Below, piece after piece: positions 1 to 13,245 of a stretch of DNA of 64,000 nt (positions are counted from its first letter, which is position 1; each line of letters begins with the position of its first letter). Location of the stretch: the NCBI GenBank assembly GCA_964016885.1, contig OZ024747.1, forward strand, positions 44,578,001-44,642,000. The letters are read 5' to 3'. The DNA comes from Eledone cirrhosa (Eukaryota). The position numbers were made by a program, and so were the translations under genes. The notes below the pieces were generated by a model. The model saw only the letters and a list, made by a program, of their open reading frames with translations. It was not told where the DNA came from and searched no databases.

Positions 1-470
1 AATTATCCATGGTATCCAATGCTCCGTCTCCCCAAGCATATCATCCCTTTTACCGACCACTAATCCTATACAGAATGCCAAGAAGAGCACTTGAAGAAAT
101 TCCAGTTTCCAAGCACTCATGGTCTTCATATGACCAGAATTGCACCTCCTTCAAGGAGCAAGGGAAAAATGTGTCTAGTAAGCTATGACTACACATGTTC
201 CCCATCAAGGAAAAGCTAGTGATGTTGTGGCGTCGCCCCATGTTCGCGCATCATCAGCCACGGCATACCCAGCCCACCACACTATGGGTGTTGACAGTAA
301 ATGGACCACCTGACCATTAACACGCATTCCTTCCACAAAAAGCAAATGCTCCAGTACAATTAGATGTGGACCAAGACTAAGTACGACAGACAGATAGATG
401 ACTGACGTGATGTATACATCCGCCACTTCTGCCCAACCTTTCAAAGATAGCTTCCTCTTGACCAATTTTA
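1..470 (-). mobile_element. Degenerate L1/Tx1-like LINE ORF2 fragment (post-RT region)
   Basis: Minus-strand peptide KRKLSLKGWAEVADVYITSVIYLSV resembles the W..R.LSL.GR..V.N..I.S...Y motif downstream of the RT in Tx1/L1 LINEs; frameshifted. Confidence 0.55.
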
Positions 471-499
471 GGATGAAAGTGGCCAGGCCACCACTCTTG

Positions 500-1128
500 A
501 ATAATGATTTCTAGTATAGGCACAAGGCCAGTAAGTTGGTGGAGGGGAAAGTCAATTAAATCAACCCCAGTATTTCACTGGTACATAATTTCATTGATCC
601 CGTAAGGATGAAAGGCAAAGTTAATCTCGGCGGGGTTTAAACCCAGATCGGAAAGGGACATAACTCTTTGCTGCAAAGCATGGCGTCCGACCCTCTACCG
701 ATACTGCCAATCCACTGCCCTACCCCTCTTGAATAATAATAATAGTTTCTACTTTTGGCACAAGACCAGCCTTTATCCCAGTGCATTACTGGTACTTTAT
801 TTTATCGACCCCGTAAGGATAAAAGGCAAAGTTAACCTCGGCGGGATTTGAACTCAGAATGACAAGGGCCGTAACTCTATGCTACAAAGCATGGCGTCAG
901 ACCCTCTACCGATACTGCCAATCCACCGCCCTTAATAATAATTGTTTCTACTTTTTGGCACAAGGCCAGCAATTATCCAGTGTATTACTGGTACTTTATT
1001 TTATCGACCCCGTAAGGATGAAAGGCAAAGTTAACCTCGGCGGGATTTGAACTCAGAATGACAAGGCCCATAACTCTATGCTGCAAATCATGGAATCCGA
1101 CCCTCTACCGATACTGCCAATCCACCGC
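500..1128 (-). mobile_element. Three tandem copies of tRNA-derived SINE family A (about 500-722, 738-931, 932-1128)
   Basis: Reverse complement reads GGCGGTGGATTGGCAGTATCGG (A box) ... GAGTTCAAATCC (B box) ... TTTGCCTTTCATCCTTACGGGGTCGATAAAATAAAGTACCAG (central domain resembling Deu/Nin domain) ... (ATT)n tail. The same unit recurs about 20 times in the window. Confidence 0.85.
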
Positions 1129-2489
1129 AATAATAAATGTTAGTTATCTAAAGTCTTGATTATTTTTTAAATTAATTCTAACACACTGGCAGTATCTTTC
1201 ATTACAAGAACTTTTTCAGATTATCTCATAATAAACTCTATTGTTGTGCATGTTCTTTCATGTGTATGTGTGTGTTTGTGTGAGTGTGTATGAAATTGTG
1301 TAAGAGAGCATGAGTGTGAAAGTGTTACACTCTAATGTGTGTACATGTTTATGAGAGTAAGTGTATGTGTGTATGAGTATGAATGTGTGTCCATGTATGT
1401 GTATGAAAGTGTGAATGCGTGCATGTATGTCTGTATATGTGAGAGTAGGTATGTGAGTATGTGAGAGTGTTAGTGTGTGTGTAAAGTTCTCTTGTCAAAG
1501 TAAACCTGTGACTATTTATGACTAATTGTCTAGAATTATAGAAATGGATATTTTTCTTCATTTGATGACACAAGGGCAATATATTTGACATTAAGAAAAG
1601 TTTTATTGACATACAATTAAGATTTTCTATTTATTTCTTCCTGTAAATTACTATTTATATGTGAAGAACAGTTTTATAATAACATTCACGATATAGTTTG
1701 ATAAAATCTATACCAACGAAGGAAAAGTGTTTTTAAAACTCAATAACAAAATATATGACAATACAGAAAATTATTTCAATAAAAATGATTAACATTGTTT
1801 AAGTACAGAGATATTTTCCTAGAGTTATTTTCAGCAGAGAAAATCTTTCAGAATTAGCTTATAATGTAAAAATGAATGAGCTTAGATAGGATTTATTTCA
1901 GAAAAATAGAAACATTACTAAATGGGCATTTTAAAATAAATGCAACTTTACAGTTGTCTTTAATGAATAATTATCGGACTGAAATATTTGAATAGAAATT
2001 TTAATGAGTAACATATAGCTGGTTTTACACTACTTTCAATTAGCAGGCAATATTTTTCTCATACAATTTTTTTCCCCTTTCAGCTGCAAACATACTTGGA
2101 TAGAAACAGAAATATATAATCAGAGGAATTTCCATAAAATAATGAAACTGATGATTGCTTTTGTTGTGATAACTGAACAGAAAAGAAAACATGCAAATGA
2201 AAGAAATAATATGAAAAGGTTAACAATCAGCATAAGGTCTGAATTCATAGATTCATGCACTAACATTTCAGATATTGTTAAAATAGAGTGGAATCAAGTT
2301 AACTTTTAATAGTCTCACTATTAGAAATTAATAGAAAAAAATGTGTGCATGTATATATATGTGTGTGTATGAGTATGTCATATCTGTCTGCATGTATGTG
2401 TGTGTGTGTGTGTCGTATCTGACTGCATGTGTGTGTGTGTGTCATGGAAAATGGACATTAAACAATGATGACAATGATGATAAATAGAA

Positions 2490-2760
2490 TAGGCGTTTCA
2501 TTGGTTTCAATGATGAGTATTGCAGTTGTTTAATCATCAAGGAAGCAGCCCTGCTCATGAAATTAATATGTAAGCGGCTGAGCATTCCACAGACACGTGT
2601 ACCTTTAAAATAATTCTTAGGGAGATTCAGGGTGGCACATTTTGAAGTACAGGTACAACTAATATTTGCGAGGTGAGTGGACTGGAGTAAAGTGCGTTGA
2701 TGGAGGATATAAGGATCTGCCAGGGATTGAACCATCATGAGTTGAACCTAACCACACATG
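2490..2760 (-). mobile_element. Degenerate SINE family C (CORE-like head, distinct tail)
   Basis: Shares CATTCCACAGACACGTGTACC...GAGATTCAG...TACAGGTACA with 18850-19200; decayed B-box on the minus strand. Confidence 0.5.
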
Positions 2761-2862
2761 CACACACACACACACACTCACACACACACATATATATTTA
2801 TTTATTTATGAAATGTAATCATCCCAATGTAAATAACAATAACAATAAACAATCACCATGAA

Positions 2863-3236
2863 ATAATTGTTTCTACTTTTTGGCACAAGACCAGCAATTA
2901 CCCAGAGCATTACTGGTACTTTATTTTGTTGACCCCGTAAAGATGAAAGGCAAAGTTAACCTCGGTGGGATTCAAACTCAGAATGCGTCAAAGCATGGTG
3001 TCCGACGCTCTACCGATACTGCCAATCCACCATGGTTTCTGGTTTAGGCACATGGCCAACAATTGTAGGGTAAGTCGATTAAATCAACACCAATGCATGA
3101 CTGGTACTTTATTTTATCGACCCTGTCAAGATGAAAGGCAAGCTAACTTTGGCGGGATTTGAACGTAAAGAATGTAAAGGGCTGTAACTCTATGCTGCAA
3201 AGCAGGGTGTCTGACACTCTACCAGTTCACCACCCT
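2863..3236 (-). mobile_element. Two tandem SINE family A copies
   Basis: Same central domain and A/B boxes as 932-1128. Confidence 0.8.
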
Positions 3237-3329
3237 CGATCATTATAAATAATAGTTGAGAAAATCTAGATATAACCCAGGAGATGGAAAAGTGGACAAA
3301 GGCACTTGCAAAGCATCCAGTTATAGAAT

Positions 3330-3347
3330 ACGTGTGCACACACATAC

Positions 3348-3389
<42 letters not shown>

Positions 3390-3670
3390 TGTGTATATAT
3401 ATATATGTGTATGTGTATACATACATGTATCCATATATGTGTATATAACTTTAATAACTTTAATAGGTTTCGGCCAGTAATGGCATGTGTGTATATATGT
3501 GTATATATGTATGTGTCTGTATAGATATGTGTACCCATGTATATGTATGCATATGTGTAAGTGTATACATGTATATGTGTATACATATATGTGTGTATGT
3601 GTGTATATGTGTATATGTGTGTGTATATGTGTATCCATATTTGTGTATGTGTCTATATGTATGTGTGTGT
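3330..3670. repeat. Compound (TG)/(TA)/(TATG) microsatellite
   Basis: Directly visible low-complexity dinucleotide mosaic. Confidence 0.9.
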
Positions 3671-4726
3671 TTGAGAAATAGGTAGGTAAAAGAGAGATCA
3701 ATGCAAGATCAGCTAAAACTAACTATAAGTTGATCAACAGTAAACTCAAGTCATCTCAACATATTTCTAATAAGGAAAATCTAAAAACAACAAATACATA
3801 AGAAATACATAACATAACATTTGACAGACTAATTCTGAAAACAAGTTATTAAAAAGATTTTCCTTGAAATAAAAATATTCTTGAATGAGAAACATTAGCT
3901 GTCGAGATAACTAAACGAACATCATGTATAAACTTATTCTGTTGAGAGGTTTCTTGCTGTGATTCTATACTAATGAGAGATGAACTAAATAATAATTGTA
4001 CATGATGAAAGTAACACAAGTTTTTCAAGTATGCGTCTGTGACAATGATACCAGCTTAATCCTTTGATTTTGTGATCATAAGAAATTGATCTTTGAAGTC
4101 AACCATAACCCTTTATTATAAATTTCTTTTATCTGGACACAACACCTTTACTTACTCATTATCTATAGGAAGTTCACCACTAATAGGAAATGGGCATGCA
4201 GAATCAGTGACATATGGAAGTGGGGTTACAATAATATTCAGAGGGATACATGTTGAAATATATTTTATCACAATGTACAAACAAACAAAAAAAAGATTTA
4301 GAGTCCAAGCGGAAAAAGTAAATTAACTCAAAGTCATGTACCACACCAATTCGCATAAGCAAAATATACTTGAAAAATATGGTACAGCACATTGACAATA
4401 TCACATTAAAAATTAAAGTCTTTACTCAAAATATTGCAAATTTTTACAACGATCTGTCTACTAGAAATAAACATTTGAATTAACAAACCACATTAGTAAG
4501 AGATTCTTGAAAAGTACAAAAAGATCACAATGACTGCATCATATTAAATATTAAAGTATTTAATATTACTAATTTTTACAATGATCTGTCCACTAATAAA
4601 AGATATTATAAACATTTAAATTTGCAAACCACATTAGAAAGACATTTTCAAAAAGTACAAAACAACACTATGACTGCATCACATTGTTGTTTATATTTGA
4701 TTTTAATATTTCCAAGCTTTGTAAAG

Positions 4727-5140
4727 GGTAGTGGATTGACAGAATTGGTAGAGTGTTGGATGAAATGCTTTTGCAGTATTTGTTCTGGTCAACTCTGCCT
4801 TTCATACCTCCTGGATCAATAAAATAAAGTACCAGGCAGTACTGGGGTTGATTTAACTCTTTAGCATTTACATTGCTCTATATTTACTATTGTATTTTAC
4901 TGAAAAAGGCTTTATCTTACATAATAATCTCACATAATATCAAATCTACAAGATTTTTATATTGTTCATTTTGAGAATAATACCTTAACATCAGTATGAG
5001 CAGCCAGTTAAGCCTGCTTTGAACAGAAAGAGGTGAGAGAATTCTGGCCAGATACGACTGCTTTAGATGCTAAAGCGTTAAGCAATTTTCCCTTTCCGCC
5101 AAATTACTGGCCCTGCACCTAAATTAGAAATCAATATTTC
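4727..5140 (+). mobile_element. SINE family A copy interrupted by a MITE
   Basis: Head GGTAGTGGATTGACAGAATTGG and central AATAAAGTACCAG lie before 4853; the tail AAATTACTGGCCCTGCACCTAAATTAGAAA resumes after 5081. Confidence 0.65.
4853..5081. mobile_element. piggyBac-type MITE family 1
   Basis: TTAA-CTCTTTAGCATTTA ... TAGATGCTAAAGCG-TTAA terminal inverted repeats with TTAA ends; interior matches 24443, 58005 and 8113. Confidence 0.75.
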
Positions 5141-5469
5141 CGGGTTTTTTTGGATGTGATAGCATGATTTTTGGTTGGCACAAGTGGTTTTACACCTGAA
5201 AACACTCCCTTCCACAAAAGAATCAACAAGAACTCAATGTTAAACCTATGTTTTTGTAATCCACTCGCACCCCCTCTAGACCAAATGGAATGAGGTGCCT
5301 TGCTTTAGAAGCACAATAGCCATTTTGAAACTAACATTCCTTGATATGTCACTGGTTCTATTTTACAAAACTGTTTGTTTTAAAGTGCTTATAATTAACT
5401 AATAACCTTTTATTATAATCTTATGTAAGAAACTTTGTTAAGTTGTGTTCAGAACTCCAAATTAACAAT

Positions 5470-5660
5470 TCCTAATTAAGCCACAAGGCCAGCAAATTTG
5501 GTGAAAGAAAAAGTTGATTAAATTGATCCCAGAACTTAAATGGTACTTTATTTTATCAAACAAAGTTGACCTCAGCGAGGTTTGAACTAAGAAAATAAAG
5601 AGCTGGAATAAATGCTACAAAGCCTTTTGTCCTACACTACAGGTTCTGCCAATCCACAAT
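5470..5660 (-). mobile_element. Degenerate SINE family A
   Basis: CACAAGGCCAGCAA...GGTACTTTATTTTATC...GTTGACCTC...TTTGAACT...CTGCCAATCCAC. Confidence 0.65.
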
Positions 5661-5929
5661 CATCACCAGATTTAGAATGGGAAAGTTCATTATGTTACTA
5701 ATTCTTTCCAAATTCTTGATTATTTCAAAATCATCAACATCGTCTTTTATCAGAAATATGGTAATATAAGTGTTAAACAGGCTACAATAAGGTTTGAACA
5801 GATGATTGTGTGGTCAGAGCTTAGCCCATAGTCACTGGGTCTATTCTCTATGTTGATAACAATGATAATAAAATGAATTAAACAATCCTCTCCTTTTACA
5901 AATGTAAATGTAAAATTTTAGGCACAAAT

Positions 5930-6176
<247 letters not shown>

Positions 6177-6884
6177 TGAGCACAATTTTACACATATATT
6201 TGCACTATTCATTAGATTGCATGGTATCGATTGTGTATGCACAGCAAAGAAAAAGAAAAAGAAAATAATTTTAGGAAATTCATTACGATATAATTAAATC
6301 TCTAATTGACAGGATACTGATCAATGAAATTAAATTCCAGTAGCAAATGTATACAAAATAATAATTTTGAATTCAATGTAGATGATTTCAAAATACTACC
6401 AGTCTTTATCAATAACTGCTAGCAAGAAGAAATATTTAATTAGCATATATAATATTTAAACATATGGCATCCTTTACCAGAACAGCTTTGAGATATGAAA
6501 GTAAGATTGTGTCTACTTATTCTCATCTAAATTTATGTGATGGGGACAGGGGACAATAAACTGTAAATATATAATTTTGAATTTGTTTTGTTTTGTCTTT
6601 TTTATAGTTTTATTTTCAGTTGAACTGCATCCCTTTTTGTTTCAGAATATGAGTAACATGATGCTTCATTTTTATTTGGTTATTTGAACATTTTGGCACT
6701 CTGTAAAATATGGCCTTACAAGATTTGTAATCACTAGTGGTTATGACAATTTATTTTTCTGTACATGCCCGTGGGGATTTTTATGCATCAGTGGTTGGAT
6801 TCAAATATTCCTAAATATTCCGTATAAATAAGGCATAAAAAAGATAAAGTATAATGTATTAGTTATGTAATACAGTACATAAAA

Positions 6885-7072
6885 ATAATTGTTTCTATTT
6901 TTAGGCACAAGGCCAGCAATTACCCAGTACATTACTGGTACTTTATTTTATCGACCCCGTAAGGATGAAAGGCAAAGTTAACCTCGGCGGGATTTGAACT
7001 CAGATCATAAAGAGACGTAACTCTATGCTTCAAAGCATGGTGTCCGACTCTCTACCGATACTGCCAATCCAC
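6885..7072 (-). mobile_element. SINE family A with target-site duplication
   Basis: Near-consensus copy flanked by direct repeat CAGTACATAAAAATAAT at about 6873 and 7071. Confidence 0.9.
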
Positions 7073-7223
7073 AGTACATAAAAATAATGTAAGCAGGTCT
7101 TATGTATTGTTACATCCATATCGACTTAGGACCATACAAGGTTTGAACTTCACTAAGGTGGATGCTAACAAACTATACATGCACCTTTGATGAGTGCACC
7201 TGAACACTGTACACAATAAATGT

Positions 7224-7410
7224 TGGATTGGCAGTATCGGTAGAGGGTCGGACGCCATGCTTTGCAGCAAAGAGTTACGGCCCTTTATGGTTTGAGTTCA
7301 AATCCCGCCGAGGTTAACTTTGCCTTTCATCCTTACGGGGTCGATAAAATAAAGTACCAGTAATACACTGAGATAATTGCTGGCCTTGTGCCAAAAGTAG
7401 AAACAATTAT
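7224..7410 (+). mobile_element. SINE family A (plus orientation)
   Basis: TGGATTGGCAGTATCGGTAGAG...GAGTTCAAATCCCGCC...GTGCCAAAAGTAGAAACAATTAT. Confidence 0.9.
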
Positions 7411-8055
7411 CACTATCATACTTGATGTAGTAAACCAAGAAATTTCAATTACCACATACATAAAATTTAATTATATATAATTTAATGTATATAATTTTAA
7501 TTACCACTTATACTCATGCATGTCACACTGATAGAAAAGCTGCATCCGCCATTTCACAAAACAAATATAATTTTGGTTCAGTATTTGGCTCATATAAGTT
7601 GCTGGCTGTCTCTCTATCAAAATTGCATATACAGATATATATATATATGTCATCATCTTCATTTAACGTCCATCTTCCACGCTAGCATGGGTTATATATA
7701 TATATATATATATATGCGTGGATGAAATTTCCACGAAGATATTCAAAATTAACCAACTTTTCATAGCTGCTAACAAATGAAACCCATCTTACACAACTCC
7801 TCTTTACATTTAACCATTACATTTTATGTATTTAATCACATGCAATAACATATTCTATTAAAATTCATCACATACAAATAACAAAACAAGTTATACATTC
7901 CAGTTACCTGGATGTATGTACAAACCATCTCTGTATTTTAATTATATCAAACATTTAGAAAACATGTGTTTGGAAGCTTATCAAGGGGAGTAAATTAGGT
8001 ATTAAAAACATACAGACAATTCACTACAGTGGCATTCTTTACTTCGGTATATTAC

Positions 8056-8462
8056 AATAATGGTTTGTACTTTAAGCACAAGGCCTGCAATTTTGGGGAA
8101 GGCGAAAATCTATTAACCCTTTAATGTTCAAACCAGCCAAAACCGGCCAGAATTATCTACCTCTTTCTGTTGAAACTGACTGTAACTGAGTGTTCAAACT
8201 GATGTTAAGGTATTGTTCTCAAAATAAATACTTTCAAAATCTCATAGATTCGATATTATGTGAGATAATTATGCGAGGTAAAGCCTTTACCATGAAAATA
8301 TAATAGTATATATAGAATAATGTGAATGCTAAAGTGTTAAATCGACCCCAGTGCATTGCTGGTGCTTTATTTTATAAACCCTGTAAGGATGAAAAACAAA
8401 GCTAACCTTGGTGGTATTTGAACTCAGAACGTAAAGGGACATAACTCTGTGTTGTTAAGCAT
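8056..8462 (-). mobile_element. SINE family A interrupted by a MITE at a TTAA site
   Basis: SINE tail at 8056-8112; SINE sequence continues ATCGACCCCAGTGCATTGCTGG from 8341. Confidence 0.75.
8113..8340. mobile_element. piggyBac-type MITE family 1 (opposite orientation to 4853)
   Basis: TTAACCCTTTAATGTTCA ... TGAATGCTAAAGTGTTAA. Confidence 0.8.
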
Positions 8463-8989
8463 GTAGTGATATTTAACTTGTTTGCTGTTTTTTTCAATAA
8501 GAGATTGAAAGAGTTTCTTTATATACAGTAAATTATGAGATACAGAAATTATCATTATATTTTATTGACTAATAACTGAATGATTAAAGGATGCTAATTA
8601 TTGCAAAATTATAAGGACTGTTATTTATAATCCACTTCATCATCAATCTAACTGGCAAGAGTTGGATGGGTTATTACAGACCAAGCCAGTACTCAATTAG
8701 AGCTACTGATGGCTTATACTGTTCCTGCACACTTCAGAATGCAGCAAGTGCATTTTACTGTGGCATCAACATTAGGGAGTTGTCTTTTGTCTTTGACATA
8801 ACTGAAAACGCCTCACAATCCTTTGTTGTGGAGGTTTTCTACAACTGGATACCTCTCTTATCAAGAACCACTTTACTGAGTACACTGGATGTGTTTTATC
8901 ATGTCACCAACACTAAAGAGGTTATCATGCTCTTGACAAAACTGAAGAGTCCTCTCAACAGCTTTTTGGCAAAGTTTCTATAGCTGTAT

Positions 8990-9975
8990 CATCATCATCA
9001 TCATCATCACCGTTTTACATCCGTTTTTCCATGCTAGCATGGGTTAGATGGGTTGTCCTGTTGTGGGCAGTGTCTGGTCGGCTGACCATGCCTTGCTCAT
9101 ACAGGAACTGATTTTGGCTTGATTTCTACAGCTGGATGCCCTTCCTAACACCAACCTCATTTACAGTGAGTGCTGGGTGCTTTTTCATGGTGCCTACACG
9201 TCCACTTTACAGTGTGGGCTGGGTGCTTTTTTGCCGTGGCACACCACTACCACCTTGCGGTGGGGGCGTGTGGGGGCATATTGTCTATATGCTTCAGCTT
9301 GTACACATGGGAGGTCGGGTACTCTGTATTACTGTGTGACGCCAGTGGTCACGGTCGTGTGTCATCGCCTTTGAGAGGTGTAATTGGGTAAGGTCGGCTT
9401 TTATCACCTCATCCCAGGTCATCTTGGGTCTCCCCACTCCACGGTTTCCATCGACTTCTAGTGCTCTGCACCTTTTTATGCAGCTGTCATCCTTAATACG
9501 CATCACATGCCCATACCAGCGCAACCGCCTCTCCTGCACACAGCATTTGATTCCTCTTATGCTCAGTCTCTCTCTCAATTCATTTATGCTTTGTCGTTCA
9601 CGTATATTACTGTTACACATCCATCGGAGCATGCAGGCTTCGTTTCTCTCTAATCTACATAAGTCTTCCACCTTCAGTGCCCAGGTCTCACTACCATGCA
9701 ACATTGCTGTTCGGATACACGCATCATAGTCTGCCTTTCATTCTGAGGGAGAAGCCTTTTGCAGCTAGCAGTGGTAGTAGTTCCCTAAACTTCTTCCATC
9801 CCGTTCTTACCCTAGTTATTGTACTTTCTGAACCCCACCTCCGCTGCTAATTCAGTCACCTAGGTAGCAGAAGCTGTCTACTGTTTCTACAGAGCCCTCC
9901 CAGAGATTGGTGGTACTTGTTTCCTGTGGCTGTTTGCTGCTTGCTGTCCCTGGATACCCTTCCTATTAGCAATCA
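8990..9975 (-). mobile_element. 5'-truncated RTE-clade LINE (family R1) with 3' UTR and (GAT)n tail
   Basis: ORF 9294-9704 (MLHGSETWAL...RRLRWYGHVMR...GRPKMTW) is the typical RTE C-terminal domain; upstream VDSFCYLGD motif; (CAT)n on the plus strand marks the tail. Near-identical to 32975-33940. Confidence 0.9.
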
Positions 9976-10642
9976 CCTTACAGGGTTATACTATATATTT
10001 TGTATCAGGGTTTTCTATGTTCAGCAGATAAATGGCATGCTGGTCATATATTTTATGGAAAGAGGAAAGGTACATACAGTAATTAAAATTGTGTCATTAA
10101 TTATAAAACATTCATTATGTAGATGAACAATTCTGCTCAAATGAGACAGGAATAGCCTTAAAGTCAGCGGTTCAGCTCAATACTTTTAATACCGAACTAC
10201 CTAAAACCACCTTTGGATCTGAGATATAAGGCTGTTTGTTTTAAAATGTTCATATTAAACTTAAACCCTTCTGCATAATTTTATGTTTCAAATACAAGCT
10301 TTAAAAAATTAGAAATATGGTAAGAAAAGGGTTAGCAACTGCCATGACTCATTCAGTATATACTATTACAAAAATGTTAAAGCTTCTAGGCAAGATTTCA
10401 CATGCCATAACAGATAGAACAAGAAAATTTCAAGACATTCTATTGTTTCAACCTGTAAGATTATCAGCAGTCATACACACACACAGAGTATTGTATGTAC
10501 ACCTTCTGTTGATTCCCACATAGACTCCTTAAGTAAATTCAATGGATAAGTAAACAGGGTTAGTGTATGTTTAACACAGTGCTTCTGTTAACGCTACTAC
10601 CATACATTATCAATTGTCATGAACTGATAAGATTCGAAACTG

Positions 10643-12580
10643 ATTCACCACTCTATTAAGAGTTACTACTAGTTGTATCAACCATTCCCCACTCTATTAA
10701 GGGTTACTACTCCAGCTATATCAACCATTCCCCACTCTATTAAGGGTTACTACTCCAGCAATATCAACCATTCCCCACTCTATTAAGGGTTACTACTCCA
10801 GCTATATCAACCATTCCCCACTCTATTAAGAGTTACTACTCCAGCTATATCAACCATTCCCCACTCTATTAAGGGTTACTACTCCAGCTATATCAACCAT
10901 TCCCCACTCTATTAAGAGTTACTACTCCAGCTATATCAACCATTCCCCACTCTATTAAGAGTTACTACTCCAGCTATATCAACCATTCCCCACTCTATTA
11001 AGGGTTACTACTCCAGCTATATCAACCATTCCCCACTCTATTAAGGGTTACTACTCCAGCTATATCAACCATTCCCCACTCTATTAAGAGTTACTACTCC
11101 AGCTATATCAACCATTCCCCACTCTATTAAGAGTTACTACTCCAGCTATATCAACCATTCCCCACTCTATTAAGGGTTACTACTCCAGCTATATCAACCA
11201 TTCCCCACTCTATTAAGAGTTACTACTCCAGCTATATCAACCATTCCCCACTCTATTAAGGGTTACTACTCCAGCTATATCAACCATTCCCCACTCTATT
11301 AAGAGTTACTACTCCAGCAATATCAACCATTCCCCACTCTATTAAGGGTTACAACTCCAGCTATATCAACCATTCCCCACTCTATTAAGAGTTACTACTC
11401 CAGCAATATCAACCATTCCCCACTCTATTAAGGGTTACTACTCCAGCAATATCAACCATTCCCCACTCTATTAAGAGTTACTACTCCAGCAATATCAACC
11501 ATTCCCCACTCTATTAAGGGTTACTACTCCAGCAATATCAACCATTCCCCACTCTATTAAGAGTTACTACTCCAGCAATATCAACTATTCCCCACTCTAT
11601 TAAGGGTTACTACTCCAGCTATATCAACCATTCCACACTCTATTAAGGGTTACTACTCCAGCTATATCAACCATTCCCCACTCTATTAAGGGTTACTACT
11701 CCAGCTATATCAACCATTCCACACTCTATTAAGGGTTACTACTCCAGCTATATCAACCATTCCCCACTCTATTAAGAGTTACTACTCCAGCAATATCAAC
11801 CATTCCCCACTCTATTAAGGGTTACTACTCCAGCTATATCAACCATTCCACACTCTATTAAGGGTTACTACTCCAGCTATATCAACCATTCCCCACTCTA
11901 TTAAGGGTTACTACTCCAGCAATATCAACCATTCCCCACTCTATTAAGAGTTACTACTTCAGCTATATCAACTATTCCCCACTCTATTAAGGGTTACTAC
12001 TCCAGCTATATCAACCATTCCCCACTCTATTAAGGGTTACTACTCCAGCAATATCAACCATTCCCCACTCTATTAAGAGTTACTACTCCAGCAATATCAA
12101 CCATTCCCCACTCTATTAAGGGTTACTACTCCAGCAATATCAACCATTCCCCACTCTATTAAGAGTTACTACTCCAGCAATATCAACTATTCCCCACTCT
12201 ATTAAGGGTTACTACTCCAGCTATATCAACCATTCCACACTCTATTAAGGGTTACTACTCCAGCTATATCAACCATTCCCCACTCTATTAAGGGTTACTA
12301 CTCCAGCTATATCAACCATTTCCCACTCTATTAAGGGTTACTACTCCAGCTATATCAACCATTTCCCACTCTATTAAGGGTTACTACTCCAGCTATATCA
12401 ACCATTCCCCACTCTATTAAGAGTTACTACTTCAGCTATATCAACCATTCCCCACTCTATTAAGAGTTACTACTCCAGCTATATCAACCATTCCCCACTC
12501 TATTAAGAGTTACTACTCCAGCTATATCAACCATTCCTCACTCTATTAAGAGTTACTACTCCAGCAATATCAACCATTCA
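10643..12580. repeat. 43-bp minisatellite, about 45 copies
   Basis: Unit CCATTCCCCACTCTATTAAG(G/A)GTTACTACTCCAGC(T/A)ATATCAA; period 43 measured from 10681 to 10724; head-to-tail with no spacers. Confidence 0.97.
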
Positions 12581-13114
12581 GCAACTATTTTCTCTTCTCA
12601 TGGTGAACAAGTTTCAACTCCCAATTCTAGCCTCTTCTCTTTATTTTCATCAAGAAAGTTTAAGAAATGGCATCTGCCAATTTTTCCTCCCCCTATAAAT
12701 TCTGGGAATCTTTTTTTTTCTCCCTGCCCCTAAACATTTAACTCTTAACATCCTGCAATGATTTAGCACAAAATATCTGAAAACATGTTTGTTAATTCAA
12801 ATGTTTATAGTATCTTCAATAGTGACTAGATTATTCTGAAAATTTGCAGTATTAGAGTAAAGACTTTAATATCTAATGTGATGCATTCTTGGTAATGTTT
12901 TGTACTTTTTAAGAATGTCTTGCTAATAGTGCTGTCTCATGTGGTACATGATATGAAGAGTTAAATTTACTTTTCTCATTCATATCACTCCTAATTGATA
13001 TTTATGTGCTACAACTCTTTTAGTCAGTACAGCAGATAATTCTATCATACTGGGTAGTTTTATCTGTGAATATATAGACATTATTTCTCCTATATAACGT
13101 GATTTGGACTGAAA

Positions 13115-13121
<7 letters not shown>

Positions 13122-13189
<68 letters not shown>

Positions 13190-13212
13190 ATGTATATATG
13201 TGTATATATATT

Positions 13213-13244
<32 letters not shown>

Positions 13245-13245
13245 G
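13122..13245. repeat. (CT)n then (GA)n microsatellites
   Basis: Directly visible. Confidence 0.95.

Noticed and set aside
10643-12580. CRISPR-like array
   Set aside because: Units are head-to-tail with no unique spacers, there are no cas genes, and the context is eukaryotic. The same applies to the 50-bp array at 58425-59305.
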